This document shows positions 9,468 to 19,168 of a stretch of DNA of 64,000 bases, piece by piece. The stretch comes from Vicinamibacteria bacterium (GTDB taxonomy: Bacteria; Acidobacteriota; Vicinamibacteria; Marinacidobacterales; Marinacidobacteraceae): the NCBI GenBank assembly GCA_965199715.1, contig OZ241322.1:1760001-1824000 (forward strand). Reading direction: 5' to 3'. Positions within the stretch are counted from its first letter, which is position 1. Every line of letters starts with the position of its first letter. A model generated the notes under the pieces. That model was not told the DNA's origin. It made no database searches and saw only the letters and a program-made list of their open reading frames with translations. The translations under genes and the position numbers were made by a program.

Positions 9468-10898
9468 ATGACGCTGCGCACCGTCCTTCGGAACGAGTGG
9501 CGCCTGCTCGTCGCCGACCGGGCGCTCGTGCTGGCGCTGCTCGGGTTCGTCCTCCTGTTCGGCTACGCGCTCGCGAACGGGCTGGCGTGGACCGACTTCC
9601 AGGACCGCACGCTCAGCCTCGTGCGGTCGGGGAACGTCGAGCGCGTCGAGGCGCTCGGGACCGAGCTGGAAGCCATCGCCAACGGGGCCCTGCCGTCCTC
9701 GCCGTTCCGCGATCCCCGTTCGCCGACCGTGCTCGGCGGCGCGAGCGGCGCCCACACGGCAGTTCTGGAGCCCGGGCCCTTGACCGCGCTGGCGGTCGGG
9801 CAGACCGACCTGCTGCCGTGGTACTACGACGTCAGCATATACACCAACGAGTCCTCGCTGCTCCAGAACGGCGAGATCGAGAACCCGCTGAACTTGCTGG
9901 TCGGGCGCTTCGACCTGGCGTTCGTCACGGTGTACCTGCTGCCGCTGCTGATCCTCGCCCTCGGCTTCAACGTGCTCTCCGGGGAGCGGGAGCAGGGGAC
10001 GCTGGCGCTGACGCTCTCGCAGCCGGTCTCGGTCCGTTCGGTCGTGTCCGCCAAGCTGCTTTTCCGGGCCATCCTCGTGATCGGGCTGGCGCTCGGGGCT
10101 TCGGCGGTCGGGATGCTGGCCTCGGGCGGGTTCGGGTCGCCCGGGCGCGTCGCGCTGTGGTGCGCGGCGGTGACCGCCTACGCGCTCTTCTGGTTCGCGC
10201 TGGCGGCGTGGGTGAACGGCCTCGGCCGCTCGTCCGCGTGGAACGCGACCGTGCTGGTGGGGGCGTGGCTGCTGCTCGTGGTGGTGCTTCCGGCCGCCGT
10301 GAACATCAGCGCCGGGCTGCTGCATCCGCTGCCGTCCAGAGTCGAGATGATCACCGCCCAGCGCACGGCCTCGAACGACGCGGTCAACCAGCGCAGCGAG
10401 CTGCTCGCCCAGTATCTGGAGGACCATCCGGAGATGGCCGTGGGGGTCGTGCCCGACGAGGCCACCCGCGGGGCGCTCGCGTGGGCGGCTACCGAGGCGG
10501 TGAACGAGCGGCTGCGCGAGGTCACCTCGCAGCACGAGGAGCGGCTCGCCGCGCAGCAGTCGGTGGTCCGCCGCTATCGGTTCCTGTCGCCGGCGCTTCT
10601 CGCGCAGGAGGCGCTGCTCGACGCGGCGGGGACTGGCGACGCCCGATTCGAGCGGTTCCGTTCGCAGGTCCGGGGTTTCGCCGACGAGTGGCGGGCGCTG
10701 TTCGTGCCGGCCATCCTCGCGGGGGAGCAGATGCACGCGGGTGTGCTGGCCGACCTGCCGTCGTTCCGGTTCGACGACGAGGCGAACTCGGAGGTCGCGG
10801 CCCGGGCGGCCGTCCCGCTGGCGGCGCTGCTGATCCTGGCGGCGCTGGTCGGCGCGGGCGCGGTGGGGCGGCTGCGCCGGGTCACCGGTCCGGCGTAG
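9468..10898 (+). CDS. ABC transporter permease (DUF3526-like), second paralog
   Basis: LAVGQTDLLP, NPLNLLVGRFDLAFV..YLLPL, SGEREQGTL. Confidence 0.85.
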   Translation: MTLRTVLRNEWRLLVADRALVLALLGFVLLFGYALANGLAWTDFQDRTLSLVRSGNVERVEALGTELEAIANGALPSSPFRDPRSPTVLGGASGAHTAVLEPGPLTALAVGQTDLLPWYYDVSIYTNESSLLQNGEIENPLNLLVGRFDLAFVTVYLLPLLILALGFNVLSGEREQGTLALTLSQPVSVRSVVSAKLLFRAILVIGLALGASAVGMLASGGFGSPGRVALWCAAVTAYALFWFALAAWVNGLGRSSAWNATVLVGAWLLLVVVLPAAVNISAGLLHPLPSRVEMITAQRTASNDAVNQRSELLAQYLEDHPEMAVGVVPDEATRGALAWAATEAVNERLREVTSQHEERLAAQQSVVRRYRFLSPALLAQEALLDAAGTGDARFERFRSQVRGFADEWRALFVPAILAGEQMHAGVLADLPSFRFDDEANSEVAARAAVPLAALLILAALVGAGAVGRLRRVTGPA

Positions 10899-12012
10899 GG
10901 AGCGGGGCGCCCCGGAGGAAGTCGTCCACCGGGGCGCCCTTTGGCTGCGGGCGCGGGTCCGGAGACATTCGGATCCGGGCGGGATCGAGTCGCACGAACC
11001 AGCGCTCACGGGGACGCGAGGCCACGAAGTCCACGTCCGCCGCCCCCGCGGTCACGTGGAAGCCGCGGCGGCGCAGTTCGAGGTACACGAGGTTCTCGAG
11101 CACCGCGCCGACGTCGTCCTCGCGATAGCCGAGGACCTCGCGGCGAAGGCCGACGTCGCCGAGGTAGTACTTGGGATTCACCTGGAGCAGCCGCTTGCCG
11201 CGCACGTCGAAGCGCGGCGTCGGCGCGAGCAGGAAGGCGTCGCCGAGGAAGGAGAGGTAGTTGAGCACCGTGTCCACCGACGTCGCGCGCCGCTGGCTCT
11301 TCAGGTAGTCGGCGATTCGCTTCGCGGAGACCGGGCTTCCCACGACGTCCGCCGCGAAGCGCAGGACGGACTCCAGCAGCGCGACGTCCCGGATCCCGTG
11401 GCGTCCGATGACGTCGCGGATGGCGATCGTGCTCACCGCGTCGGCGAGCATCCGGTCCAGCACCCGGTCGCTCAGGTCGGTGTGCAGCAGGCCCGGGAGA
11501 CCTCCGGTGCGGAGGTACAGTCGGAAGACGCCTTCGTCGTCGAGCGCCGCGTCCGCACGCTCGCGGTACAGCTCGGTGAACTCGCCGAGACTCAGCGGGA
11601 AGACCTGGACCGTGGCGTAGCGCCCGGCGATGCGCGTGGCGAGTTCCGACGACAGGAGCGCCGCGTTCGATCCGCCGCCGACGACTTCGGTGCGCGGCTC
11701 GGCGTTCAGCGAGGCCGCCGCCCGCTCCCACTCGGCGATCTGCTGGATCTCGTCCACCACGACGACCCGCGGCTCGGAGCGGCGCGCGTTCGCCTCCACG
11801 AAGTCCACGAGGTCGCGGGCGGTGCGGACGCCGTCGAAGTCGAGCGATTCCTTGTCCACGTACACGACTTGCCGTTCGTCTCGCAGCGACTCGGCGAACT
11901 GGCGCAGCAGGACGCTCTTGCCGGCGCGGCGGAGACCGGTGACGACCGTGATGACCGGGGCGTCGAGGAACTGGCGGAGCGCGTCGAGGTAGCGCCGCCG
12001 TTGAATTTCCAT
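10882..12012 (-). CDS. AAA+ ATPase (AAA_14 + DUF4143-like), C-terminus apparently shortened
   Basis: GLRRAGKS, VDEIQ, GSNA, GGLP, KYYLGDVGLR, LENLVYLEL, VDFVA; tail diverges after VDFVA. Confidence 0.85.
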   Translation of the reverse strand: MEIQRRRYLDALRQFLDAPVITVVTGLRRAGKSVLLRQFAESLRDERQVVYVDKESLDFDGVRTARDLVDFVEANARRSEPRVVVVDEIQQIAEWERAAASLNAEPRTEVVGGGSNAALLSSELATRIAGRYATVQVFPLSLGEFTELYRERADAALDDEGVFRLYLRTGGLPGLLHTDLSDRVLDRMLADAVSTIAIRDVIGRHGIRDVALLESVLRFAADVVGSPVSAKRIADYLKSQRRATSVDTVLNYLSFLGDAFLLAPTPRFDVRGKRLLQVNPKYYLGDVGLRREVLGYREDDVGAVLENLVYLELRRRGFHVTAGAADVDFVASRPRERWFVRLDPARIRMSPDPRPQPKGAPVDDFLRGAPLPTPDR

Positions 12013-12096
12013 ATTTCGAGCACAGTCCAATGTTGCGCAGTTCGCGTACAAGTTTCGATCATGTTCGAAATGTGAGCGCGCGTATCCTGGGCGGTC

Positions 12097-12993
12097 GTGA
12101 GCACCGATTCCGCGATCCGCGCCGCCGCGTTCGTCGCGATCGAGCGGCTGGCGCGGGAGCACCCGGCGGGCATTCCATGGCGGGCGGTCAAGGTCGGGTT
12201 CGAGGTTGGCGGGGAGGCGGTGCATTTCGCCGGCAGGGCCGTCGGCATCTTCAAGCCGCGCCAGCTCGCCGCGGCGTTGAGCATCAGGACGGTGGTCCCC
12301 AAGACGGGGCGGCGCACTTGGTATCAGGATCAGGAAGGCGGCCTGGAGAGCGATCCCACGTCCGGGCTCATGCGGTACAGCCTCTCCAGGACCAGGTCGA
12401 TGAACCGCGCCCTGCGGGAGGCCATGGAGTTACGGGCGCCGCTGATCTGGTTCGTCGGTCTCGGACCCGCCCGGTACGAGGCGCTGTTTCCAGTCTTCGT
12501 TGAGGCCATCCAAGCCGGCGAAGCGCTCCTGAGCACGCGCGACGGTCCGGTGGTCCAGCCCCCGGCCGAGCAGGTCATGGAACCCTCGTGGTCGCTCCAG
12601 GTCACGCGGAGGCGGAACCACCAGCAGTGGTTCTCCATGCGCACCCGCAGCGCCTACGGACAGCGCTGCGCATTCAGCGGCCTGCCGGTGCGCGAGCTGC
12701 TCGTCGGCGCCCACATCGTGCCCGACGCGGCCGGCGGACCGGCTTCGGTTACGAACGGCGTCTGCATGTCCACGCTCCACCACACGGCCTTCGACGCGAA
12801 CCTGATCGGGGTGGACCCGGATCTGAAGATCCACGTCTCGCCGTCGCTGCGCGCGCGGAAAGACGGCGACCTGTGGTCGGCGCTCGCCAAGCTGGACGGG
12901 GCGAAGCTGCGGCCCCCGCGCCTCGAGTCGGACCGGCCGAAACCCGAGTACCTCGAACGGCGCTTCGCGGACTTCCGGGCGGCGCATCGGTAG
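12097..12993 (+). CDS. HNH endonuclease, putative modification-dependent restriction enzyme
   Basis: GIFKP...LSIRT N-domain; R.HQ..F, CAFSG, GAHIVPD, NGVCM..LHH.AFD. Confidence 0.85.
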   Translation: MSTDSAIRAAAFVAIERLAREHPAGIPWRAVKVGFEVGGEAVHFAGRAVGIFKPRQLAAALSIRTVVPKTGRRTWYQDQEGGLESDPTSGLMRYSLSRTRSMNRALREAMELRAPLIWFVGLGPARYEALFPVFVEAIQAGEALLSTRDGPVVQPPAEQVMEPSWSLQVTRRRNHQQWFSMRTRSAYGQRCAFSGLPVRELLVGAHIVPDAAGGPASVTNGVCMSTLHHTAFDANLIGVDPDLKIHVSPSLRARKDGDLWSALAKLDGAKLRPPRLESDRPKPEYLERRFADFRAAHR

Positions 12994-13007
12994 TACGCTC
13001 CGGCGCC

Positions 13008-13364
13008 CTGAGACTCCTCCTCCTGGTCGCGCTGGGCGGCGCGCTCGGCGCTTCGGCGCGTCACCTGTCGGCGGAGTGGCTCGCGCGGGGGGCCGCCGGG
13101 ACGCTGCTCGTGAACGCGGTCGGCTCGTTCCTGATGGCGATCCTCGCCGGAACGGTCGCCGCGAAGAACCCGGAGATGCGCGGATTCCTCCTCGTCGGCG
13201 TCCTCGGCTCGTTCACGACGTTCTCGGCCTTCTCGCGCGACGCCGTGGAGTTCTTCCAGCGCGGGGACGCGTTGCTGGCTTCCGGCTACGTCGCGGGCTC
13301 CGCAGCGCTGTCGATCCTCGCCTTCGTCGCCGGCCTCGCCCTCGCGCGCACGTTCACGGCATGA
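13008..13364 (+). CDS. crcB: Fluoride efflux channel CrcB/Fluc
   Basis: GGALGASARH, GTLLVN.VGSF, GVLGSFTTFSAF; no in-frame ATG/GTG/TTG before TM1, CTG 13008 proposed. Confidence 0.85.
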   Translation: MRLLLLVALGGALGASARHLSAEWLARGAAGTLLVNAVGSFLMAILAGTVAAKNPEMRGFLLVGVLGSFTTFSAFSRDAVEFFQRGDALLASGYVAGSAALSILAFVAGLALARTFTA

Positions 13365-13784
13365 AGCTGCCCACGAAGCAGCTCGAGAGCGGCGTCGAGA
13401 CGCTCGCGGCCGCGATGGACCTTCCGCCGGCTCACCGTCCGGGCGAGGTTGGGAGCCGCGTCGCCCGCGCCGCGTGCTCGAAGCAGTATGAACTCATCCT
13501 CGAGGGTCGCCGCCAGGCTGCTGCGCCGAAAGCTGCGCGACTGGGCCACGGCTCACGCATCGGCGCGGCGGTTGACGTTCCGCCAGTCGTTCCGAACGGC
13601 GGGCGAGTTCGCGTTGCTGGACGAGGACGCCTGCGAGCGGTGGCTGGCGTATCGGGACCTGCGCAACGAATCGGCGCACGATTACGACGACGCCGTCGCG
13701 GAGGGCGTGATGGAGACGCTGCCGGATTTCCGGAAGGACGCGAAGGCGCTTGTCCGCGCGTTGCGGAAGGCTGGCGATGAGTGA
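13361..13784 (+). pseudogene. HEPN toxin (nucleotidyltransferase substrate-binding, HI0074-like), frameshifted
   Basis: RAAC.K.YELILE, then a frame change at GAGGG ~13505 to RLLRRKL...W..YRDLRNESAHDYD (R-x4-H). Confidence 0.8.
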
Positions 13785-14094
13785 CCGCATCGAACGGAAG
13801 CCGCGGCGCCGGCGGCGCGTCGAGCGGATCCTCCGGGCGCGGGAGCCGGGAGTCGAGGCGTGGGCCTACGGCAGCCGGGTGAAGGGGCGGAGCCGCTCCG
13901 GGAGCGATCTCGACCTTGCGCTCCGGGGTCCCGGGCTGCGGCCGATTCCGGACGGCGTGCTGCGCGGATTGCGGAAGATGTTCCACGACTCCACGATCCC
14001 GTTCTTCGTGGAAGTGCGCGACTGGGCGCGGCCCCCCGAGAGTCTCCACGAGGAGATCGAGCGCGACCACGTAGTCATGGTCGCGCCCGAATAG
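13777..14094 (+). CDS. Minimal nucleotidyltransferase (MNT) antitoxin
   Basis: WAYGSRVKG....SDLDLAL (GS-x10-DxD); S.IPF.V...DW. Confidence 0.85.
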   Translation: MSDRIERKPRRRRRVERILRAREPGVEAWAYGSRVKGRSRSGSDLDLALRGPGLRPIPDGVLRGLRKMFHDSTIPFFVEVRDWARPPESLHEEIERDHVVMVAPE

Positions 14095-14100
14095 CCCGAA

Positions 14101-17100
14101 TCAGCGACCCGGTTCGGCCTTCTCCACCCGGACGATGCCCGGCATGCCGGTGGACTCGAGCGCCGTGTTCACGCCGGTGAGGCCCGACTCCACAACCTCG
14201 TCGAACTCGGCGGCGCGCTCCTGGACCTGCGCGTGGAGCATCTCGTACACCTCGCGCATCTGGTCCGTCGGCGGGAAGTCGGCGCTCGCCACCGCGCCCG
14301 CGAGATAGGTGATCTTGCCGGCGAGCTGGGTGGGCCAGCGGATCTGGTCCTGCCCGGTGCCGCTGACCAGAAGCTGGATCAGGTGCTCCTCGATCGCGAG
14401 CAGCGATCCGTCGAACCCGTCCACGACCGAGGCGATGCCCTCGACCCGCCCGGCGTCCTCGGCGAGCGTCTTCAGGTCGAGCACCTGCCGGCGGAACCAC
14501 TCGATCTCGTTCACCATACCGGCGACCTGCTCGAGATCGGCCCGCAGCAGGCGCAGCAGCGCCGTCTGCGCCTCGATGTCCTCGAGCGCGCCCTCGCTGC
14601 GCGGGTCCTTGCGCACTTCGATCGGCGCGGTGCGCTCCTCGTCGCCGACCATGAGCGCGACCGTGTAGTCGCCCGGCGGCGCGAGGATCGAGATGCGCCC
14701 GACGTTGGATTCGCGGGTGCGGTCGTTGCCGAGGTCCACCCAGTCGGCGAACCGCGGCTTGGTGCGCAGCACCGCCTGCGTGGAGGCGTCCTCGCGGAGA
14801 TCCCACCAGACCCGGTTCAGGCCGGCCTCGCCCTCCGCATCCATCGTGCGGACCGCCTCGCCGGCCGCGTTGCGGATCTCGATGCTGACATCCTCGGCCG
14901 CCTCGTCGAGCCAGAAGTTGATCGGGGCGCCGTAGGGCGGGTTCTCGCCCGCGGACCAGTCGTCGAACTGCGCGAACGGCGCGGTGATCGGGTGGAAGCG
15001 ATAGACCCCCCGCGGCTCGAACAGGTGGACGCTGGCCGCCTCCACGTCCTCGTTCCACTGCTGGAGCGGCGAAACGTCGTCGAGGATCCAGAAGCCGCGC
15101 CCGTAGGTGCCGATCACGAGATCGCCGAAGTGCTCCTGTACCGCGATCCAGTACATCGGGCTGGGCGGGAGGCCGTTCGCGAGCCGCTGCCAGTTCTCCC
15201 CGTCGTCGAAGCTGACGTAGAGGAAGTTCTCGGTGCCGAGATACAGAAGCCCCGGTCGCACCGGATCCTCGCGGACGTTGCGCGTGTAGCTCAGCGGGCT
15301 GTCGGCCACGCCGTTCACGATCAGGTCCCACGACGCGCCGAAGTCCGACGTCCGATAGACGTAAGGGGCGAAGTCGCCGGTCTGATGGTTCTCGACCGTC
15401 ATGTACGCCTTGCCGACCTCCCACTTCGAGGCGTCGATGTTCCGGACGACGCCGTCCGTCGGCATGTTCGGGACGTTGGCCGTGACCTCGGTCCAGTTCG
15501 CGCCCCCGTCGCGCGTCAGGTGGACCTTGCCGTCGTTGGTGCCGGCCCAGATCACGCCGGCGGTCACCGGGCTCTCGTCGATCGCGTACACGACGCAGCA
15601 GAACTCGACCCCGATGTTGTCCGGGGTCAGCCCGCCGGAGATCGTCTGGCGGGACTTGTCGTTCGTGGTCAGGTCGGGGCTGATCTCGTCCCAGCTCTGG
15701 CCGCCGTTCGTGGTGCGCATCACGTACTGGCTGCCGACCATGATCGTGTTCCGGTCGTGGGGCGAGATGAGCAGCGGGAACACCCACTGGAACCGGTAGC
15801 GCAGGTTCTCCGCGGGCCAGCCGAGCGTGCTCTCGGGCCAGACCTCGAGCTGCCGGAACTGGCGGGCGCGCTCGTCGTAGCGGACCACGATGCCGCCCGC
15901 CGCGCCCGCGCCGGACGCGCTCGACCAGACGATGTTGTGGTCCTCCGGATCCGGCGTTGCGAAGCCGCTCTCGCCGCCGCCCACGCCGTGCCACATGCCG
16001 CGGGGGATTCCGGAGGAGAAGAAGCCGCCGGTGAACGCGCGGCTCGGCCCCCGCGTGGAAGGCCCGTCCTGCCGGTTGCCGAGGACGTTGTAGGGAATCG
16101 CGTTGTCCACGGTCACGTGGTACATCTGGGCCAGCGGCAACTGGATCTTGAACCACGAGCGGCCCCGATTCTCGGAGATGGAGACGCCGCCGTCGTGCGC
16201 GACCGCCATCCGGTCGCCGTCGGTCGGGTCGATCCAGATGTCGTGGTGGTCCCAGCCGGGGGCCTCGTCGAACCCGTGCACCCGGTGCGACTTGCCGGCG
16301 TCCAGCGTCGAGGCGAACGACGCGGTCAGGAAGTAGGCCTCGTCCCGGTCGTCCGGCGAGACCCCGCAGCGCGCGTAGTAGGCGTTGCGTCCGGCGAGGT
16401 TCCGGTTGTGGCTCTGGATCCGCCAGTTCGTCCCCCCGTCGTCGCTGACCCAGAGCTCGCCGCTCTCGGCCTCCGCGCCGTCGTACGGAATCCCGTCGGC
16501 GGTCTCGATGAGCGCGTACACCCGCCTGGAGTCGGCGCGGGTCATGCAGACCGCGACCTTGCCCACGTCGAGCCTCGGCAGCCCGTTGCCCTCGAGCCGC
16601 TTCCAGGTGTCGCCGCCGTCGCGGGACATGTGAAGCCCGCTCCCCGGCCCGCCGCTCGTGCGGTTCCATGTCTTCAGGTCGAGCTGCCACATCCCGGCGA
16701 AGAGGATGCGCGGGTTGTTCGGGTCCATCACGAGGTCGGAGGCCCCGGTGTTCTCGTCCACGAACAGGACCTGCTCCCACGTCTCGCCGCCGTCGGTCGT
16801 CCGGTAGATCCCGCGTTCGGGCTGCGGGGCGTAGGCGTGGCCGAGCGAGGCGGCGTACACCACGTCCGGGTCCGTGGGATGGATCACGATGCGCCCGATC
16901 CGGGCGGTCTTCTCGAGTCCCATCGCGGTCCACGTCTCGCCGGCGTCGGTGGACTTGAAGACCCCGGTTCCGATCGAGACGTTGGCGCGGATGAAGGTCT
17001 CGCCGGTTCCGGCCCAGACCACGTTCGGATCCGACTCGGAGACCGCGAGGGCGCCCACGGCGTGGACGTCCTGGTCGTCGAACACCGGCCGCCACTTGAT

Positions 17101-17307
17101 GCCGCCGTCCTCGGTCTTCCAGATTCCGCCGGTGGCGGCTCCGGCGAAGTAGAGCTTCGTGTCCCCGGGCACGCCGGCGACCGCGAGGGTCCGGTTGCCC
17201 ACCGGCCCGATGTGGCGGAAACGCATTCCGTCCAGCATGTCGGGGGCGGGTTGGGCGAACGCGCTCGCGCTGACGAGCAGCGCGGCGGGAAGGACGAGAA
17301 GGCGCAT
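14101..17307 (-). CDS. Secreted VPS10/BNR-repeat beta-propeller protein (sialidase/glycosyl hydrolase-like)
   Basis: Signal peptide; many S/T-x-D-G-G-x-T/S-W Asp boxes; FRHIGP..NR; coiled-coil C-terminus. Confidence 0.88.
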   Translation of the reverse strand: MRLLVLPAALLVSASAFAQPAPDMLDGMRFRHIGPVGNRTLAVAGVPGDTKLYFAGAATGGIWKTEDGGIKWRPVFDDQDVHAVGALAVSESDPNVVWAGTGETFIRANVSIGTGVFKSTDAGETWTAMGLEKTARIGRIVIHPTDPDVVYAASLGHAYAPQPERGIYRTTDGGETWEQVLFVDENTGASDLVMDPNNPRILFAGMWQLDLKTWNRTSGGPGSGLHMSRDGGDTWKRLEGNGLPRLDVGKVAVCMTRADSRRVYALIETADGIPYDGAEAESGELWVSDDGGTNWRIQSHNRNLAGRNAYYARCGVSPDDRDEAYFLTASFASTLDAGKSHRVHGFDEAPGWDHHDIWIDPTDGDRMAVAHDGGVSISENRGRSWFKIQLPLAQMYHVTVDNAIPYNVLGNRQDGPSTRGPSRAFTGGFFSSGIPRGMWHGVGGGESGFATPDPEDHNIVWSSASGAGAAGGIVVRYDERARQFRQLEVWPESTLGWPAENLRYRFQWVFPLLISPHDRNTIMVGSQYVMRTTNGGQSWDEISPDLTTNDKSRQTISGGLTPDNIGVEFCCVVYAIDESPVTAGVIWAGTNDGKVHLTRDGGANWTEVTANVPNMPTDGVVRNIDASKWEVGKAYMTVENHQTGDFAPYVYRTSDFGASWDLIVNGVADSPLSYTRNVREDPVRPGLLYLGTENFLYVSFDDGENWQRLANGLPPSPMYWIAVQEHFGDLVIGTYGRGFWILDDVSPLQQWNEDVEAASVHLFEPRGVYRFHPITAPFAQFDDWSAGENPPYGAPINFWLDEAAEDVSIEIRNAAGEAVRTMDAEGEAGLNRVWWDLREDASTQAVLRTKPRFADWVDLGNDRTRESNVGRISILAPPGDYTVALMVGDEERTAPIEVRKDPRSEGALEDIEAQTALLRLLRADLEQVAGMVNEIEWFRRQVLDLKTLAEDAGRVEGIASVVDGFDGSLLAIEEHLIQLLVSGTGQDQIRWPTQLAGKITYLAGAVASADFPPTDQMREVYEMLHAQVQERAAEFDEVVESGLTGVNTALESTGMPGIVRVEKAEPGR

Positions 17308-17309
17308 GG

Positions 17310-18625
17310 TCACTCCTGTGGGGCGGGGCGTCGGCGGAACGCGAGATAGACCGGAACGCCGGCCGCGGTGATTCCGAGGCCGATGAGGGCGTCGCGGGGA
17401 TTCGTGAGGATGGTATTCAGGAGGAGCGCTCCCGAAAACAGCGCGAAGAACGCGGGTAGCGCCGGGTAGACCGGCGTGCGGAACGGCCGGCGCAGGTCGG
17501 GCCGTTTCCGGCGCAGCACGATGACCGCGGCGCTTCCCAGCCCGTAGAACAGCCACGAGACCACGACCACGTAGGTGAACAACTGGTCGTAGGTTCCGGT
17601 GAGCGCGATCGCCGACGCCCAGAGACCCTGCACGAGGGTGGCGTTCCGAGGGACGCCGTCGCCCCCGAGCCGGGCGAACGAGCGCAGGAACACGCCGTCG
17701 GCGGCCATCGCGTAGTACACCCGGGCCCCGGTGAAGATGAACCCGTTGGCGGCGGCGAAACACGAGACCATGACCGCGAGCGAGACGAGGCTTCCGCCCA
17801 CCGAGCCCCGGCTGCGCGAGCCGCGTCGGCGGCGACCGTCTCGGTGCCGACGAAGCTCGGAAGCGGCAGGGCGCGCAGGAAGGCGAGGTTGAGGAGCAGG
17901 TAGATCCCGATCAGCAGGACGAGGCTGAGGGTGATCGCGCGGGGGAGAAAGCGGTCGGGCCGCCGGACCTCGCCGCCGACGAAGGTGATGCTGATCCAGC
18001 CGTCGTACGCCCACAGCGCGGCGACCGTCGCGGCGCCCCAGCGGGCGGCCGCCGAGCCGCTGGTCGCGAGCCGTCCGCCCGCGATCTCGCCGGCCGGCTG
18101 GTCGCCGAGGAAAACGCACAGCGCGACGATCGCTCCGGCCATGGCCAGCTTGGCGACGGTCGTGACGTTCTGGGTGCTCGCCGACGCGCGCACGCTGCGG
18201 CAGTTCCACAGCGAGAGGCCAAGGATCGTCACGATGACGGCGGCCTTCTGCGCGCGGTCGGACATCGGGACGAAGTCGCCGGCGTACTCGACGAAAACCA
18301 CGGCCACGGCGGCGATCGACGCGGTCTGGATGACCGCGAACAGGCTCCAGCCGTAGAGGAACCCGGCGAGCGGGTGGTAGGCCCGCTCGAGGTACACGTA
18401 CTTGCCGCCGGCGAACGGGAAGAGCGCCGACAGCTCGGCGATGGCGAGCGCGCCGCAGAGCGAGATCGCGCCCGCCGCGACCCACACCAGCATCGAGCCG
18501 GCCGCGCTTCCGGTTCCGGCGATGACGTACGCTGGAACCACGAACGCGGCGGACGCGAGGATCGTCCCGATGTTGATGAAGAGCGCGTCCGTCAGACGCA
18601 GCTCCCGGCGAAGCCCGGACCCCAT
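17310..18625 (-). pseudogene. APC-family amino acid permease, single -1 frameshift
   Basis: LRRELRL, AELSALFP.AGG.YVYL..AY, WAYDGW, GARVYYAMAADG, RPFRTP.YP; frame break at the C4 run 17806-17809. Confidence 0.85.
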
Positions 18626-18676
18626 GGTCGGCCGAGGAGTATCTGACGCCCCGGCGCGGGGCGTACGATCGCGCCC

Positions 18677-19168
18677 GTGGGCGATCCGGACCTTCTGCTG
18701 ATGCGCGCGGCGCTCGCCGAGGCGCGGCGCGCCGGGGAGGCGGACGAAGTGCCGGTCGGGGCGGTTGTCAGCCTGGGCGGCGAGGTGCTGGCGGCGGCGG
18801 GGAACCGGGTGCTCGCGACCGGCGACCCCACCGCCCACGCCGAGGTGCTCGCGCTCCGGGCGGCGGCCCGGCGGGTCGGAAACTACCGGTTGGTCGGTTG
18901 CGAGCTCCACGTGACCGTGGAGCCGTGCCTCATGTGCGCCGGGGCCGCCGCGCACGCGCGGATCGCGCGGATCGCGTACGGACCGCCCGAGCCGAAATTC
19001 GGGGCACTAGAATCCCGGACGTCCCTGAGGGAGCTCGGTCTGCCGCACCTTCCGGAAGCGGTGGGCGGGATTCTCGCGGACGAAGGGCGAACGCTCCTCC
19101 AGCGCTTCTTTCAGGAGCGCCGGGGCCGCCCGTCCCAGCGACCCGGAGAGGTACCGAAGTGGCCGTAA
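18677..19168 (+). CDS. tadA: tRNA adenosine(34) deaminase
   Basis: EVPVGAV, DPTAHAE, NYRL, TVEPCLMC, LL.RFF..RR. Confidence 0.92.
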   Translation: MGDPDLLLMRAALAEARRAGEADEVPVGAVVSLGGEVLAAAGNRVLATGDPTAHAEVLALRAAARRVGNYRLVGCELHVTVEPCLMCAGAAAHARIARIAYGPPEPKFGALESRTSLRELGLPHLPEAVGGILADEGRTLLQRFFQERRGRPSQRPGEVPKWP

